Shown: positions 13,301 through 28,300 of the stretch, in pieces | Numbering within the stretch: the first letter of the stretch is position 1 | How the letters are laid out: the number at the start of each line of letters is the position of its first letter | Origin: Phoronis australis | Lineage: Eukaryota > Animalia > Phoronida | NCBI GenBank assembly: GCA_002633005.1 | Contig: NMRA01000634.1 | Span: 124,001-188,000 of the forward strand | Direction: 5' to 3' | Length of the DNA stretch: 64,000 nt | Notes under the pieces: generated by a model | What the model saw: only the letters and a program-made list of their open reading frames with translations | Database searches by the model: none | What the model was told of the DNA's origin: nothing | Translations under genes and position numbers: made by a program

Positions 13301-16300
13301 AAAAACTCAGCTACATCAATAAGTTAATTGAGCTACGGATGAGAAATAACGTGTGATATACTGCCGTCAGCGTGTCAGTGACCTGTCCGATGATCTTGAT
13401 AGCTCGAGAAAAATTTGCTAAGAACTTCAGGTGTGTGTTTTGTTTAGCTAGAGACTGGAAATCTAAACTGCTCAATACCACCCTCGGGATCAAGGCATAT
13501 TTTTATAACCGTCATTTCATGGAAAAGGACTTAGGAGCTGAATAGTAGTACTGTACAACACCCTTGCACGTAAGTCGGTTGCTTATAAGAGAAAATCTGA
13601 ATACGTCTGATTAAAAATTGCGAAGTCGAGAACATAATTTTAATGGACTTACGTTCTTTTAGAAGACCAGATTGATCGATTTTCACATCAATATTTCATC
13701 TAGGCGAATGATATCCTTCATTATCTAAATGGTAGTTGCTACACACAACACCTATTCGATAAAACCAATAAAGGCTCATAACATTATTCTCAGGATGAAA
13801 AAGAAATGAAGTCGGAGTAGTGTTCTCTTACGCTGGTCATTCGAGGAGCACTAGAATTGAATTAATATATCTTCGCGTCGGTAGTTCATATGCATGAATT
13901 GTCTGACATATATTAGGAAAAGAATGCCTGACAACGATTTTTGGACGACTCCTAGTATCTTTTTGCATACTTGGCTGTGTGCAATAAATCCTCTGCATGA
14001 CATTTGTTGAATTTGGAAAATGGATTTTTATGAAAGTAAAAGCGGATGACTAGGTTTTTTTCTCTGTACCTTTAGCATTTGTTTCCAACTAGTGGCCATT
14101 TTTATTTTTGGCTTCCGCCCGTCCGTCGGCAAAATCAATGGCAAAGTCTATTAAGAAAGTTGTTATATGAGTTCCTACCAAAAACGCATGACTGATATTG
14201 GTTTTTGGGACGGCTTTAACTTCTGTTGAACCCCATAGTGGCAAGTTTGCTGTCTTCGCGTTTGCAGCTGTTTCGCCATAACCCCCTGAAGGGTTAGCCC
14301 AGGAACCTCTCTTGTGAGTCCATAGAAATATGGGGCTTGTTGGACAGGAGAGACCTAAGGGACGCGTTGAAGGAGATAAGCCTAGAACGGAGAGAGTGCA
14401 ATCGGTGAAACGCCTGTCCGACGAGCACGCGCCGGACAATGATGGAAGTGATTAACAAAAAGTGGGCGAAAGAAGGTGTGCGGCCAGGGCGCAGGGCTCA
14501 ATGCAGGTGGTGGTCATTCCCACCGATCTGGAGAAAAAGGAAGTAGAGAGGGAACGAGGGAGGGAACTGGTGGCCGATTGGATGGACCTGGGGCTGAGGA
14601 GAAGGCTACCGCCAGAAATGCCCAAGGACGAAATGGTCACCGGGGAAGGCCGGAAGCCGTTACAGCAGTTGGAGAGGGTTGCACACGAAGTTGTCCAACC
14701 AACGAACGTAGGAACTGCCAAGGATGAAAACACGGGGCGACATGTAGAAAGTGATTGCCACTATAAGGGGTTATAATAAAATCCGAAAAAGACGATGGAG
14801 AATGCAGAGAAAATGAGTTAGCAGCACGAGTAGTTGAAGAAGGGTGCACTCAAACACGAGTATGGGGTGAAAAGTGGAAAAATTAGGACCAAAAACGTAA
14901 AAATGAAGAGAAAATGTAGAGTACAAACGGAGGTCTTGTAGACGACGAGTTAGGTGATTGAATGAACTAGACCACGTTAAACTGAACAAAGGGAATACGA
15001 GTGACCAATCAGGTGTCGAGTAGGGAAACGTATGAATACAAAAGTAGACCCTTGAAGCTATAAATAGAGATGAGTAATGCAAAATAAACCCTAAGGGTTG
15101 ACATAAAAATAAAGTGCTACATGGCAAAATAGTGAAGATAATATGCATTTAGCAGCTTAAATTAAATGTAATAACGTTAAGTGGATCGATAATTTTCCAG
15201 AAATTCCGTCTACGACAATTTTTTCATGTGGGCACCACATTCTTACATGTAATTGTACATTAAGACAAGCGATATAGTCGACTCTAAATTGTTACATTCT
15301 GACTATCTTGAGGTTTAGTATTAAAATTTGATAATTAGTGTTAATAAGATCATTTTTCTCAGCTAAGCATTGCTTATCTCAATCAAGTTCTCATTTGTTT
15401 TACTTACTAAAGAAAGAGAAGTAACATAAGAGAATGAACCAAATTTAGCTCTGTCAAAATGTAACATTAAGACACCAAGAATTTAAGGAAGAAATGAAAA
15501 ATATGATGACTGGCAAAAATACAAACATTCCGTTCAAAGCGCAGTTGTGTTTATTTTGGGGGCCAAAATTGTAAAAAATCTAATCAATGATCAAATTCTA
15601 AATCCCGCCATATTGCGCGAACTTCAGTGTTTTGACCATACACATACCGAACAAGAGAATCAGTTTGCTGTGATGACTCCAGTTTCTTTTCTTGTGTTAC
15701 AGCTCATGGAGTTACCAAGAAAGTTGTTTGTTACCCAAACCAACTGTCACTAAAATGTCCTATTGGCAAAGTTCTTCGTATACACAAGGCAAATTATGGA
15801 CGTACGTCATCTAACGTACCAAACTGCGGAGTAAATGTAAGTATAAGAGGCAATACAAAAATGAGGCTTTCAGATTCAAAACGATAAGACATAATAAGAG
15901 CCTCTCACCTCATTCATGACTAACCAATTATCACGCTATCAACAATGGTTCAAAAGTCAAGACAAAATGCTACATCCTTGCTTAATTATTCCTACACTTC
16001 AAATTCTGTAATTTGCGGTTAAATTTCAACAGTGCTTTGAATTAAAATGTTTTTTGAAAACTGGCATATTCAAATGTGCGCATACTTGCTGTTTTATGAG
16101 GATTATAATAATTCAGGGCAATGGTGGTAGTATCGACGGACCTAAATTACTTTTAGAGGAGCAATTTTTCCAGGAATCACATCGACAGTGCACCATCGAA
16201 CACATAAGCACGTGTTCAGTTTGACTTTGATGTCATAAAACACGATATCCTGTTGGCTGAGAACTGAGAACTTCAATACACCCCACACGCACACACACAC

Positions 16301-19300
16301 AACACTGTTCCGCAGCCGCCGTTGAACCAAAAAATGATCTTTCGAAATAGTGAAAGCCATTATGAATGAACGAGAAAACTTTATGGGTTACAATATAATT
16401 GTTTACGCAACGTCTGACTTAGCCCACGTGGGACTAACTATGTTCACCTTGCATTTAATTTTCTTCACCAAAGACGCACAGAAATACGAAGTCCAACAAC
16501 GATTTCAAGAATTCGAAGATTACAGTTTCCCCAAACCTTTTTACCACTCTGAAGATTTTCTGTAGCCTGCTTACGACAGTCGCCCTAGAAGAATACTCAT
16601 TGCCTTTTTCATGCTTGCCCAAAATATGAATATCCCTCCTATTAACAGGAAATCCGATTTACACAGTGTCAGGACTCGACAAATCTTCGACACTGCAATT
16701 TTAAAACAGTGATATCGATCAAAAACGCGAAACCAGAATTACTGGCAATGTTTCACTCATGAGGGTCAGCCTGCTCAGAGAGCGACAGCTTCCCTTCCCC
16801 AGTTGCCCGCTGTCGCTCATGACAAAGGCTTCCGAACCATAGCTCTATAGTGAGCCAGCCAACCGCACAAAGTTTAACATTATAAGAATAGATAGCCGTT
16901 GCACAGTAAGAAATCAAACTAAGTTTAAAAAATAATGTTCTAATTATTATGAAAGTCAATGCAGGCACAATAGAGACGGGTATACCAAATCAGATAAAAG
17001 ATAATTTTTCCCAGTGACTTTCCTGAACGGCTGGCCCTAAAAAGCACGAATCCAAGCTTTTCGATATTTTGCGAGATAAGAAAGAAGCAAGGTGAGTGTC
17101 CGGACGGCTCACTATTATTACCATTTTCACACTTTTAGTGTACAAAATATACATTTTCCCTCCCCCTCACCCTCAAGTACCGAAACGTTGATGTTTTTAT
17201 TAATCCGATCGGTGATCTCTCAGTAGCACAAAAGCGGAACGGACGATATCGAAGTTTTCTCCACGCCAGCCCATCTTTAATTCCTTCTAATTCCTGAGGA
17301 TACACCCAGGGGATAATGTACATGGTTGGATCGTATAAAGTTCCCTAATTCCATAGAGAATGTACGCCAAACCGTAACAAATTCAAATATTTAACAATAA
17401 GCAATCATACACTGACAATGTTATGTATTGATTCTATTGGTTTTAATTTGATGTCGAGAGAATAAGAAGTTTTTGAGTGACGGACGGGTTATACTAGATA
17501 CTGTAAGTACCATAGCCGAAACTACTAAACGGCTGTAATATATCCTAGATCACGATGTGTCATGGAAATGGCGTCACGTAACTTAGTAACGAAGACTGAA
17601 CCTCGTAATAGAGGCACAGATTGGACCCCTCTTCACCACATTTCTCAGTGTCTTTTAATTCCACTGTAGGGGTAAGGCAACACGTTGTCCATCTTATTGT
17701 TCAAATGACCTGGTGATAGTTCGTAACAAATGCACAGCGTTGAAGAGACACATATCAGACCAGTTAACTCACGTGATATTCCAAATAAGGGGTAAATGCA
17801 GTCAGAAACTGGACTGTACTATCGGCTTGCAACAAGCCGTCTGCACGCTGAAGGCTAGAAGGAAGATAAGGAGGTTTTGCAATCCTACCACTTTTTAACA
17901 TTACAATTTGATTGAGTCAACAGCGTGAAAGTTCCAGATAATTTCTAGATCACCCATTGATTTATTTCAATGAAACTTGACACAATGCGCGCGGGCACTA
18001 ATTTAGTTTTGGTAGGATTTAACCCCTGGAACTATCTCTAATGGCTATTTTGTCCGACTGTCCTGTTGTTTCCATATCTCAAAAGCTTCTGGTCATGTTT
18101 TAATGATGAAATTTGGAACGCTAATTTGTTACAAGCCACCTTTCCAGTGTTTTTAGGAACAGCATTTCCGGATGATATCTAGAGAACTGATTGAGAGATT
18201 ACAAGGAAAATTAACGTATGAATACGTGATGACATTGCGTCGGCACAAGTTATTTTTGGGGAAATTTGATAACTGAAGCAGTTTGGTCTTCAAAAGAGGA
18301 TTTTTAGTATTTCGGAGGAAAAGCGTTTCAAGATATCTTAGTGAATGAATTGTCAGTTTCAAGTATGTGACGGCAATGGGCAGATACCAGTCGATTTTCG
18401 GGCGGATTTGACTACTGCAGATAATACTTTCAGCACATTCCAACAACTATTAAGCTCGTTTTTTCGCTTTGTATCGATCTGCCAAACCTCATGATTGTTG
18501 TTTTTGACTAGACCTGCAAATATTGGATACATAGTGTTATGTCCTTCTGCAGCATTTCTTTGTTAAAAATCTTAAAAACTGTACCCATTTAAACTTTTTG
18601 ATTTAATGTTAGTTTTAAAAGGTCAGGTACCAACACTTTGTGTCAGTTCTGGCTCTTGTAGCTACCTCTTATAGTCCAATTGTTGTTATGCACCTTGTAA
18701 CTTATGTGATACTAATGAGCACCCGAAGAAACATACCGTTCAAGGTGCAATGTGGACGCCTGTCAATGTTTTGCGTTGAACTTATTCGCAGAAATACATG
18801 GTCGACTGTATCTCTCCGTCCAGTTTCACCATTATTCACAACGCTTGTCACAACAAGACTTCGTGCTCAGTTGAACTATCAGAAACAGTGTTTGGTGATC
18901 CCTGTGTTGGAGAAAACAAATATATGGAAGTGGACTACGACTGTGTTGAAGGTAAGCTAAGCTACATACACTCATGTAGCAACTTCTCATTGCTACTCGT
19001 AAGGTAGCCTGGAACTCTTGTCAAATATCTACAAAGTTATAAAATTTGGTTCTGCAAAAGTATAATTTTTTTAAAATATGTCAGACGATTGACTGTGGGT
19101 TTGTTTAAAAGGTAGCTATGCTTTGAGATTATGCGTAGATGGAGAGTGAATAATCAAATCCAGTAATTAATTTATTATAATTAGACAAATGAAACCTATT
19201 GTTAATTAAGTAATCAACTACAAAGAGTAACTACGCTAGCGCCTTCCTTAAAGATTACTTTAATCAGAACCCAAAGTTGTAAACACCTTCTAAAAATAGA

Positions 19301-22300
19301 TTTTGACGTTAAAATACATGTCAACAAGTCTGACCCCATGATTTAAAAGTACATATGCACAAATTTTGGCAACTTAAAATGGATCTATTCTTACTAATTA
19401 CTTAATCAATATTTATTCTGACAAATAAGCTCTTCCTCAAGAAAATACTTCTTAAGATTTTCTCAACATGGAAGACTTAAATATTGATTAACGCTTAGAT
19501 CTATTACCCAGTTTCCTTGAATCTTCAATACCCTAACCTACTCAGGTAATCGGCACCAACATTCTCTGAGCCTTTGATAGCTTCAACTTTAAATCGATAA
19601 TTTTGCAAAAACAAGGCCCACCTCATGATGCGTCCATTGACTAACTTGCATTTTTGAATGTAAGCCAGGGGTTGATGGTCAGTATGAATGATAAATTCTT
19701 TACCATACAAGTACTTCGCAAATTTTCTGATGGCAAATACAATAGCCAAACATTCCCTCTCTATGACAGAGTAATTCCGTTCCCGAGGTAACAATTTCTT
19801 ACTAGCACATGCTACTGGGAACCTGCCATCACCATACTCCTGCAACAAAATACAGCCTATACCAGTATCGGACGCATCAGTCTGAACAATAAAAGGTTTA
19901 CTGAAGTCAGGCAATCTCAGTATGGGTGCTCTCGTCAGCAGATCTCGAAGGGTGTCGAATGCATGCTGCTGAGCTTCTTCCCATTGCACGGTGTTAGGCT
20001 GTTTCTTCTTTGTGAGCTCAGTAAGTGGGACGGCGATTTCAGCGAAGTTTGGGATGAACTTCCTGTAGTAGCCAGCCAACCCAATAAAAGAACGAACTTG
20101 TTTCTTTGTTCTGGGTTGTGTTGCATCTCAGATGCGTCCCAGCTTTTCTTCATCCATTGCCAGGTGCCCTTCACCGACCACATGTCCAACGAAATCGACG
20201 GAACGAGATCCAACTGAACACTTAATGGGTCGAATCGTTAGTTCAGCCTCTCGCACACGTTGGAAGGTGTCTCGCAAGGTGGCAAGGTGTTCAGTCCAGG
20301 TCTTATTATGGCACAGAATGTCATCCACATAATGTTCTGTATTATGTGCTCCTGCCAACATCTTCCTCATCATGCGGTTGAAGGTCACTGCCGAATTTAC
20401 CAGACCAAATGGCATCTTTACGAACTTGGTACTACAAACGAGGTCTTAGGCCGTGATTCTTCGCCGACAATGACTGGCCAGTATCCTTTACTTAGATCAA
20501 TCTTCGTAAAATACTGGTCTTTACTGATCTTAGCCATGATGTCATCAGGATTGCCCATCGGTTCCGAGTCGAACTAGGTGATGGCGTTCAAACGACGAAA
20601 ATCGATGCAGAATCGATTTGAACCGTCCTCCTTCTTCTTCCACCGGAGAGTTATAGGGAGCATCAGATGGTTCTGTGACTCCACACTTTAACATGTTGTC
20701 AATTTCCTCCTGCACAACCGACCGTGTGGCATATGGCAGGGGATACGGCTTGACTCTCATCGGCTCTTCACTGATGGTCTCAATCTTGTGCTCAACCAGA
20801 TGGGTCGTACCTGGTACTTCACTAAAGATGTCAGAGTACTCTTCTAGCAGACTTATCACCTCCCTTTGTTGGCTAGTAGTGAGCTCGTCTGATTTCTTGA
20901 CATCTTTGTACGTTTCTTTTTGGTTTGTCGATTCCAGCTCTAGTAGATGTTCATCATCGACAACACCAACTTCATTGTCCATTTCAGGCTGAAGTACAGC
21001 TATGGCTGCGATGTCAGAATTCTGATCTGTATCATCTTTACTTGTAGCCCCACTTTGGTCACGAGATATGTAGAGTTTCAACAGGTTGGCATGGTATGTC
21101 TTGGTCTTTCCACCAACCCTTACTTTGTTGAGTACCTCGGTCACTTCATAGGGACCCCTCCACTGCAGTAGCAGCTTGTTACTGTCAGGTGGTAACAATA
21201 TTAAGACTTGGTCTCCTACTTTGAAGCGACGATCTCGTGTCTTTTTGTCATTATGGTGCTTGTATGCTTCACAAGCATTTCGTAAGTTTTCCCGCACCAG
21301 TTCACATGTCTCTTCCAGACGATGTCGCAAGTCGAGGACATACTCATAAGTATTCCGTACGTCTGGTGCTTCATTGCCAGTCCACAATTCTTTTAGCACC
21401 TGCATGGGCCCTCGCACGGTTCTACCATACAACAGTTCAAATGGCGAGAAACCTGTGCTAACTTGAGGTACCTCTCGGTAGGCGAACAGTACTGCTGGTA
21501 AGTACCGGTCCCAGTCTTGTGGACGCTCTTGGCGCATTTTCTTACGCATACTCTTCAGTACACCGTTAATACGCTCACACAATCCATTGCGTTTCGGATT
21601 GTACTGAGTGGTGAACAGTTGCTTCATGGATATCAACCGTGCAACCTCTTTCAGTACTTTTGAGGTAAACTGTGTCCCACAGTCACGAAGCATCTCTCGT
21701 GGAAAGCCAATTCTACAGAAGGTTTCAAACAGTGCTTCTGCAACTCGCTCAGCTTCCATTCTTGGTAGAGGGACTGCCTCCGGGTATGTTGTGGCATAGT
21801 CTACGATGGTAAGAATGCACCGGTTGCCTCTGTCTGTGATTGGCGACAAAGGACTAATCAAATCAACAGCGATACGCTGGAACGGTTCTTCCATAAGTGG
21901 CATCTCACCCAATGGCACTTTAGAGATCCTGCCCTTAGGAGTTGTTCGTTGGCAGATGCCACATGATCTGCAGAAACAATTTATGTCACTGCCAACTCCT
22001 GGCCAATAAAAGCTACTGGCTATTCTATCACTGGTCTTCTTCACACCAAGGTGCCCACCAACAATTGACTCGTGAGATAGCGTCATAACCTGTTGTCGAT
22101 ATTTGACATGGACAACTATCTGACGCAACTCTTTGGTGTTATCAGCATACACTCGGTACAAGACCCCCTTCTGCTTCTCATACCAGTATTGACCTCTACC
22201 ACGTGTTCTTGCTGGTTTGTCTTTCTCAACAAGTGCCATGAGCTTACGTAGGGAAGGATCATGTTATTTCTCGTCCTTCAATTTGCTGACGTCGAGACTT

Positions 22301-25300
22301 TCCACTCCGGATGGAGTCACCGCCAAAGGCTTAATAGGTTTCTCTCTCTTCTTAGCCTGTGCTCTAGTAGTGACTGCGGACATGACACTGCGTTGTGGCT
22401 GCCAATTGGGATCAGGATCCTTGCTGACGCCAACAGCATTTCCTATGATGAGGTCGTATATTGGTGTTCGCATACACATCGCCTCGATTTCACCAACGAA
22501 GTAAGGAGTGTCTACCTCAATCCTCGCTATGGGGAAGGATCGTGCTGTCCCATCTATTAACACACAGATGTGTTGTTTCCCCGTCAGTTGACTTTCTTTG
22601 ACTAGGGACGTCTTCACCGCTGCACTACTGCATCCGGTGTCACGCATCATGCGTACTTTTGTTTCATTGACGTAACCGTCACAAACGGGCATATTGTGGT
22701 CAGCAGGAGGCTCTCTGTGCTTGTCACAGGTCCCTGTCTCTACGGGTATCGATGTCCCATCGACTAATTGCAGACAGCCATCAACTATGAGCTGCTCTAT
22801 TGGACTACCCTTTGCTACCACAGCTTGACACATTACCGACTTCTTGGTGTCTTCTGTCTTGGCCCGTTGCTGCTGCGAGGCAGACGACTGCTTACCTGCA
22901 GCGAATCTTTTGGACTGGAAGTCTTTCATTCCGCAGTCCCTTGCTAAATGATCTTTCCGATGACAATTGAAACACTCTTTGTCACCCTTGTTTCTGGTCA
23001 TTGACGAACGAGGAGTTTCTCTCCTTCCTTCTTTTGTGTTGATTGGCGATGCCTGTCTTCTGGCTACCTGTCCCAAGTCTTTCTTTGCGAACCCTTTGCC
23101 CAACGAACCAGTACAGTGGGCGTCCATGTACTGTTGAGCAATGGCCGACATCTCGTCGAAGGTCTTCGGTTTCCGTTCCCTCAGGAATACAGACATCTCA
23201 GGATGGCATACTCCCAGAAACTGTTCTCGGATCAGTAAGTCTCTGAGTCCATCATAAGTCGCCTCGACCTCCACCAGTTGTGTCCATCGGTCAAAGAACT
23301 TTTTCAGTCTTGCCCCGAATTGGAACACATTTTCACCCTTTTCAGGCTTGGACTCTCTAAACTTTCGTCGGAACCCATCTTCGGTTAATTCATACCTGTG
23401 CAGCAGCGCCTCCTTAAGTTGGTCATAGTTGTTAATTTGGTCAGACGGCATGTTGTTGAACACCTGTAGGCCTTTACCTGTCAACAATGTACTCAAGTCC
23501 ACAGCCCAGTCCGATTTGTCCCATTTCTGGCTTGTGACGAATGTCTCAAATCGGGCTAGGAAGACATCCATGTCGTCCACGCGCTCGTCGAACCTTGGCA
23601 GTTTGGGACGACTAGTACGTACACCACTGCTTGAAGCCCCACCACTAGGTGTTGCTTTGAGCTCAATTTGGAGTTGCAGTGTCTTCTGCTTCTCAATCTC
23701 AATAGCTTTGGCCCGAGCTTATGTTCATACTCGGCTTGCTCTAGCTCTCGTTGATGAGCACGTTCTGCTTGTTCCCGTGCAAGCTCTGCCTTTTCCAGCT
23801 CTCGTTTGTGGGCGCGCTTTTCACGCTCCGAGGCCTGCCGAAAGAGCTCCTCTGCGCACTTCCTTAACTCTTCACCGGTATAACCGAATTGTTTCGCTTG
23901 CGTAATATACTTTTCAAAATCCATTTTAGAGGAAGGGGTTTATTCCCAGAATGCACTTTATTAATTAATATTCAAACAGTAATTACAGGATTCAAAACAA
24001 TTCAACACAACCACGTAAACCTTTATTTAAACTCTCCCGGACTGGCCCCCAAATGTCAGACAATTGACTGTGGGTTTGTTTAAAAGGTAGCTATGCTTTG
24101 AGATTGTGCGTAGATGGAGAGTAAATAATCAAATCCAGTACTTAATTTATTATATGATAACCCCTAATTAGACAAATGAAACCTATTGTTAATTAAGTAA
24201 TCAACTACAAAGAGTAACTACGCTAGTGCCCTCTTTAAAGATTACTTTAATCAGAACCCAAAGTTGTAAACACCATCTAAAAATAGATTTTGACGTTAAA
24301 ATACATGTCAACAAGTCTGACCCCAAGATTTAAAAGTACATATGCACAAATTTTGGGCAACTTAAAATGGATCTATTGTTACTAATTACTTAATCAATAT
24401 TTATTCTGACAAAATAGAAGAACAGTAGAACTTAATCTCTTATTTCTTTTCAATCTTCCGCTAATTGGGTAACGTGAACATGTCTTTCCATAAATTCATG
24501 ACAAATAGAGATCGACGTTCATGACAAGACAATTGTATGAATAGCACAATCAAGTTCGGCAATTCGACAGCTTTTACCTTACTAGAGGGCGCTCGTGTAC
24601 CCGTGGTGGTTGATTAAACAGCCTCGATTTCGCGAGGACTTTAGTACATGGTGAAATAGATTGAAGCCGTGCCAACTGAATCTGAGATTAAGTGAAAAGG
24701 GTGCTTCTACGAGAAGGAGGAAGTCTGACCTTATAGCAAGGTAAGGTTTGTGATTATTTTTAACGATTGTTTGATACATCGACTTCCATGGTTACAATAA
24801 TAAGATGCCTGTCAACTGAGGTACTGGCCTATGTTGGCTTTGCCGCAGTCGCCCGTTGGGTTAATCATTGTTTTTTGTAATGCGTGTTACGATACTTGAC
24901 GTAGCGCTCGGGGTCTTTTCGTACAACAAAGCAGTATTATTAATGTTCGGAGTAATTTCGTACAGTTTGACCAGTGAAAGTTACATCAATAAATGCTGAA
25001 TGTTTATGCTGACAACTCGATATTGGTTATTAGTTAGATTACCTAATACAGGTTATTATGACAAATATCCATAAGACTATTTGTTTACTCCCTGTGCCGT
25101 TCTGAAATCTATTAAATGGTGACATGGAAATATATCATGTTGTTTTTCACCTGACTTTTGGTTTTTAGCCTTGAGGGCCAGTACCGCGCAGAGAAGATAA
25201 ACATCCCGTCTGCAACCGCCCCTGGATGGACAAAACTGGGTTTAGCAGGTGACTGCAGCTAACTAGCAAGAACTTCCTGTCCAATGCAGATCTGTCGTTA

Positions 25301-28300
25301 ATCCTGCTTTCCATATCGGGAACCAAGAACAAATCCTTTAAAAAATGACAGCTGTATTTTAAAAAGGTACGTAATTTGTTTTGTTAATCCAGGACCTTAG
25401 CGGAAAGTTGGCTTAGTGGGTTGTGTTTGTAAAATTTGATGAAAGTTGAATGTGTGGAAATAACAGGTAATAGTGTCCGGGGGAAAGAACGTGGTGAAGT
25501 AAATCTTAACTTTCACGAAGTTCTTTCACGTTTCATGAAAATGTCGTGCTATCCACTGTAAACCCATAAAAACATATTACATTTTCTGAATTCTCAATGA
25601 CTGAACAGTCTCAAATCATGCCTTGAAACGTGGCAATTTTTTTTATAAAATCATGCGACTGCCATTTTTTGTGAAAATTGCATTTTTGCTTTGAACATAG
25701 GAGTGAGGTCGTATTTGAACATAATATTCTTACTGCCAACACACAATAAATGGATGGTGCCGCAGGATTTTTAATTACTATTAAACAACAGAGAGATTAA
25801 CCATTGTTTTTTAAATGACCCAAGTCTTAATATCTTCTATCAGAAGTAAATTAAATAAAAAAATCTGAGACATGGTTCTTTCAGCCTTAGACAATAAGTG
25901 TGCTAATTTGGCAAATTGACAGACCTATGAAAGGGTAATCGGTTTCAAAACTGCTGAAAGTATCAAAAATTAAAAGGCCTGAAAATGGGTGGCAGAGGTT
26001 TGCCACACTATTGAAGTTGTCTCAAATAACTTGCATATTTTGTAGACAAGTGCTGCATTTAAAGAATTGTTATGGCGAGCAATGAAAAATAAAGATGTAG
26101 TTTTTACAATAGTTATTATATACACTCTTGCTTTCTGGAAATTATTATAATTTAATTTTGGGTGGAATTGTAGACCAGTTACCATATGTTTTCGAAAAAC
26201 AAGTGCAACATTTTTTTACCCAAAATGAAGTACTAAAGTATTTACGTTTCAATATTTGTTCCAGGTTAAGCGACATTCTTAAGGACAATTCCAGCCTCAA
26301 CATATACAAGCTGTGTTACTCGTTTCTCTTCCCACAGCATCTCCACACACCACCAGTGCTACATGGCACAATGTACAAACCAGTGGCCCTGGAGAAATGT
26401 GAATCGCAGCACTACGTTACCATAAGAAAATGTTCCCGTGGACTGTTTGAGTGCGAAGAGGCACTACATCTGGCTGCTACATCAGCCACCCTCGTTGGTG
26501 AGGAATCATGTATGGACAACAATGACTTATTTCCCTTTCTGGAAGAAACCTGATGGACTGAAGCTAAAGAAGACATATTAACACTCCGGTCTAGTTCAGG
26601 GTCAGATTTTGGGCACAGAGCGTGTCAAGTGTTATGTTGTTGTGCTTACCTTCAAGTATTTACATTCTGGATGTTGTTGAGCCTGCAGGAGGTTACAATA
26701 AGGAACGCCACGTGCCGAAATTAGACCATTTTACAAGCGATTCTATAGACCGTTCGTAGCCAAACCCATTGAAACTAGATCCCATTGAAATTAAATCCAG
26801 AATATCTGGTTTACTTTCAGAAGAAAGGCTTTTACACTAATGGTAAAAACTTTTCAATTTAGTACATTCTTTATGGAAATGACATTCAGTGACTGCAGTG
26901 ATTGTCTCATTGTCAGTGGAAAACCAGTTAATGTTACACTTTGATAATTGAATTAAACTTTCATGAACTGACAAAGTATGTCAGTAATTATTCAAACCAC
27001 AATATTTCTTCAGTTTTAAAGCCCCATACAGTGCGCTTGTGCTTTTTATAAAGCTGAAATGATTACTGGTTATGCTTGCTAATTTTCATTTTCCTGCTGA
27101 CCTAATGAAACATCCAGTGATCAAAATGAAGTACCGGTATTCCGTTTTATGCCTTTGATTTGTTCATGTGTGTAACTCTTTTTAGAGCTTTCTTAAGTTT
27201 TGTGTTAACTTGTCTCTAACAAAAGTTCCACGTGCAAGCAAGCCATGCCTTCAATTGCAGGTAGCTGGATGAGAATCTGCTATGTACAAGATTTGAGATT
27301 AAACAATAATCAGTGTACTTAAAAGCAAAATGGCAAACTGAACAAGCACATCCATACAAAGGGGCAACACTGTTAGAAACAATTGTAATTTTTCCAATCC
27401 AACAGAGTCTATAATCAGGGATATCAAGGGTTGACTTTCTGAACTGAGGTGTACAGTTCTCTCAGGTTATTGCTGAAGGACTGCTTTTCACTTTGTCGAA
27501 GGGAAAATAGATGGTAATGCGGCTGGTTTCAGTCGTTTTCTCTCTCCCGTAACAGAACAATCGAAGAAATATTAAAATATAAAAGAAAACACAAGACAAA
27601 ACTATTTTCTTTAGTCAGAAGACACTTGACATTTCGTCTCTATGTTTGTAAGTAGAAACTAATAAATCTCCTCCCCCAAAATTGTGTATTGTTCACTACA
27701 CCTAGAATGTTTTTCTGATCTCAATAAATAAAATACATTCCAGGTGTCAATATTTATTCTATGTTATGAACTTTTGAATATCCCATTCATGTTATTTCGG
27801 TAACTTATCTGCTAGTCCTGGGAGTGGGGTCCACTGAAAAATAAGGAAACTCACTCATCTAAAGAATTTTATTGGACATAGCATTGTTTTGAAGAGTAAC
27901 TGATGTGAAAAAGTCGCCCTCGACTTCTGAGCGGCACGTCCCTTACACCTCTTACATTGGGAACACTCGCACCCATCACAATATGTGCTGCTAGCCTACC
28001 ATTTGGGTCCCTTGTAAGTTTCTGGAAAAAAAAATTCGTTCCACTGAATAAACCCATTATTCAGTGGGGTAACTGGTGGGGATAACATCACTAAACGATG
28101 TCGATAGAAACTAATTACTAAAAACTTACTAAGTATCGTGATTATATGTAGTATCTCAAAGGAAATGCCGCATAGAGCACACGTGGGATGTGAAGCTTCG
28201 GCATCCACACATTTTTTCACTTGGTTGACTATGTCGACCGCAATTCTACACGCTTGTAATAACCTTAGGTCTTTTGGGAGATTGTAACCACCTGTCGAGG

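Larger units (their letters stand above)
19079..24411 (-). mobile_element. Full-length but defective Ty3/Gypsy LTR retrotransposon, Gmr1-like (gag-PR-IN-RT-RH)
   Basis: Two LTRs (TGTCAGA...TCTGACA), 5-bp TSD AAATA (19074-19078 and 24412-24416), tRNA-Pro-like PBS, purine-rich PPT. Has CCHC knuckle, DTG protease, HHCC+DDE integrase, YVDD RT and RNase H, with several frameshifts and stops. Confidence 0.95.

Noticed and set aside
20675-24083. Plus-strand ORFs overlapping the Gypsy element
   Set aside because: Antisense shadows of gag/pol.
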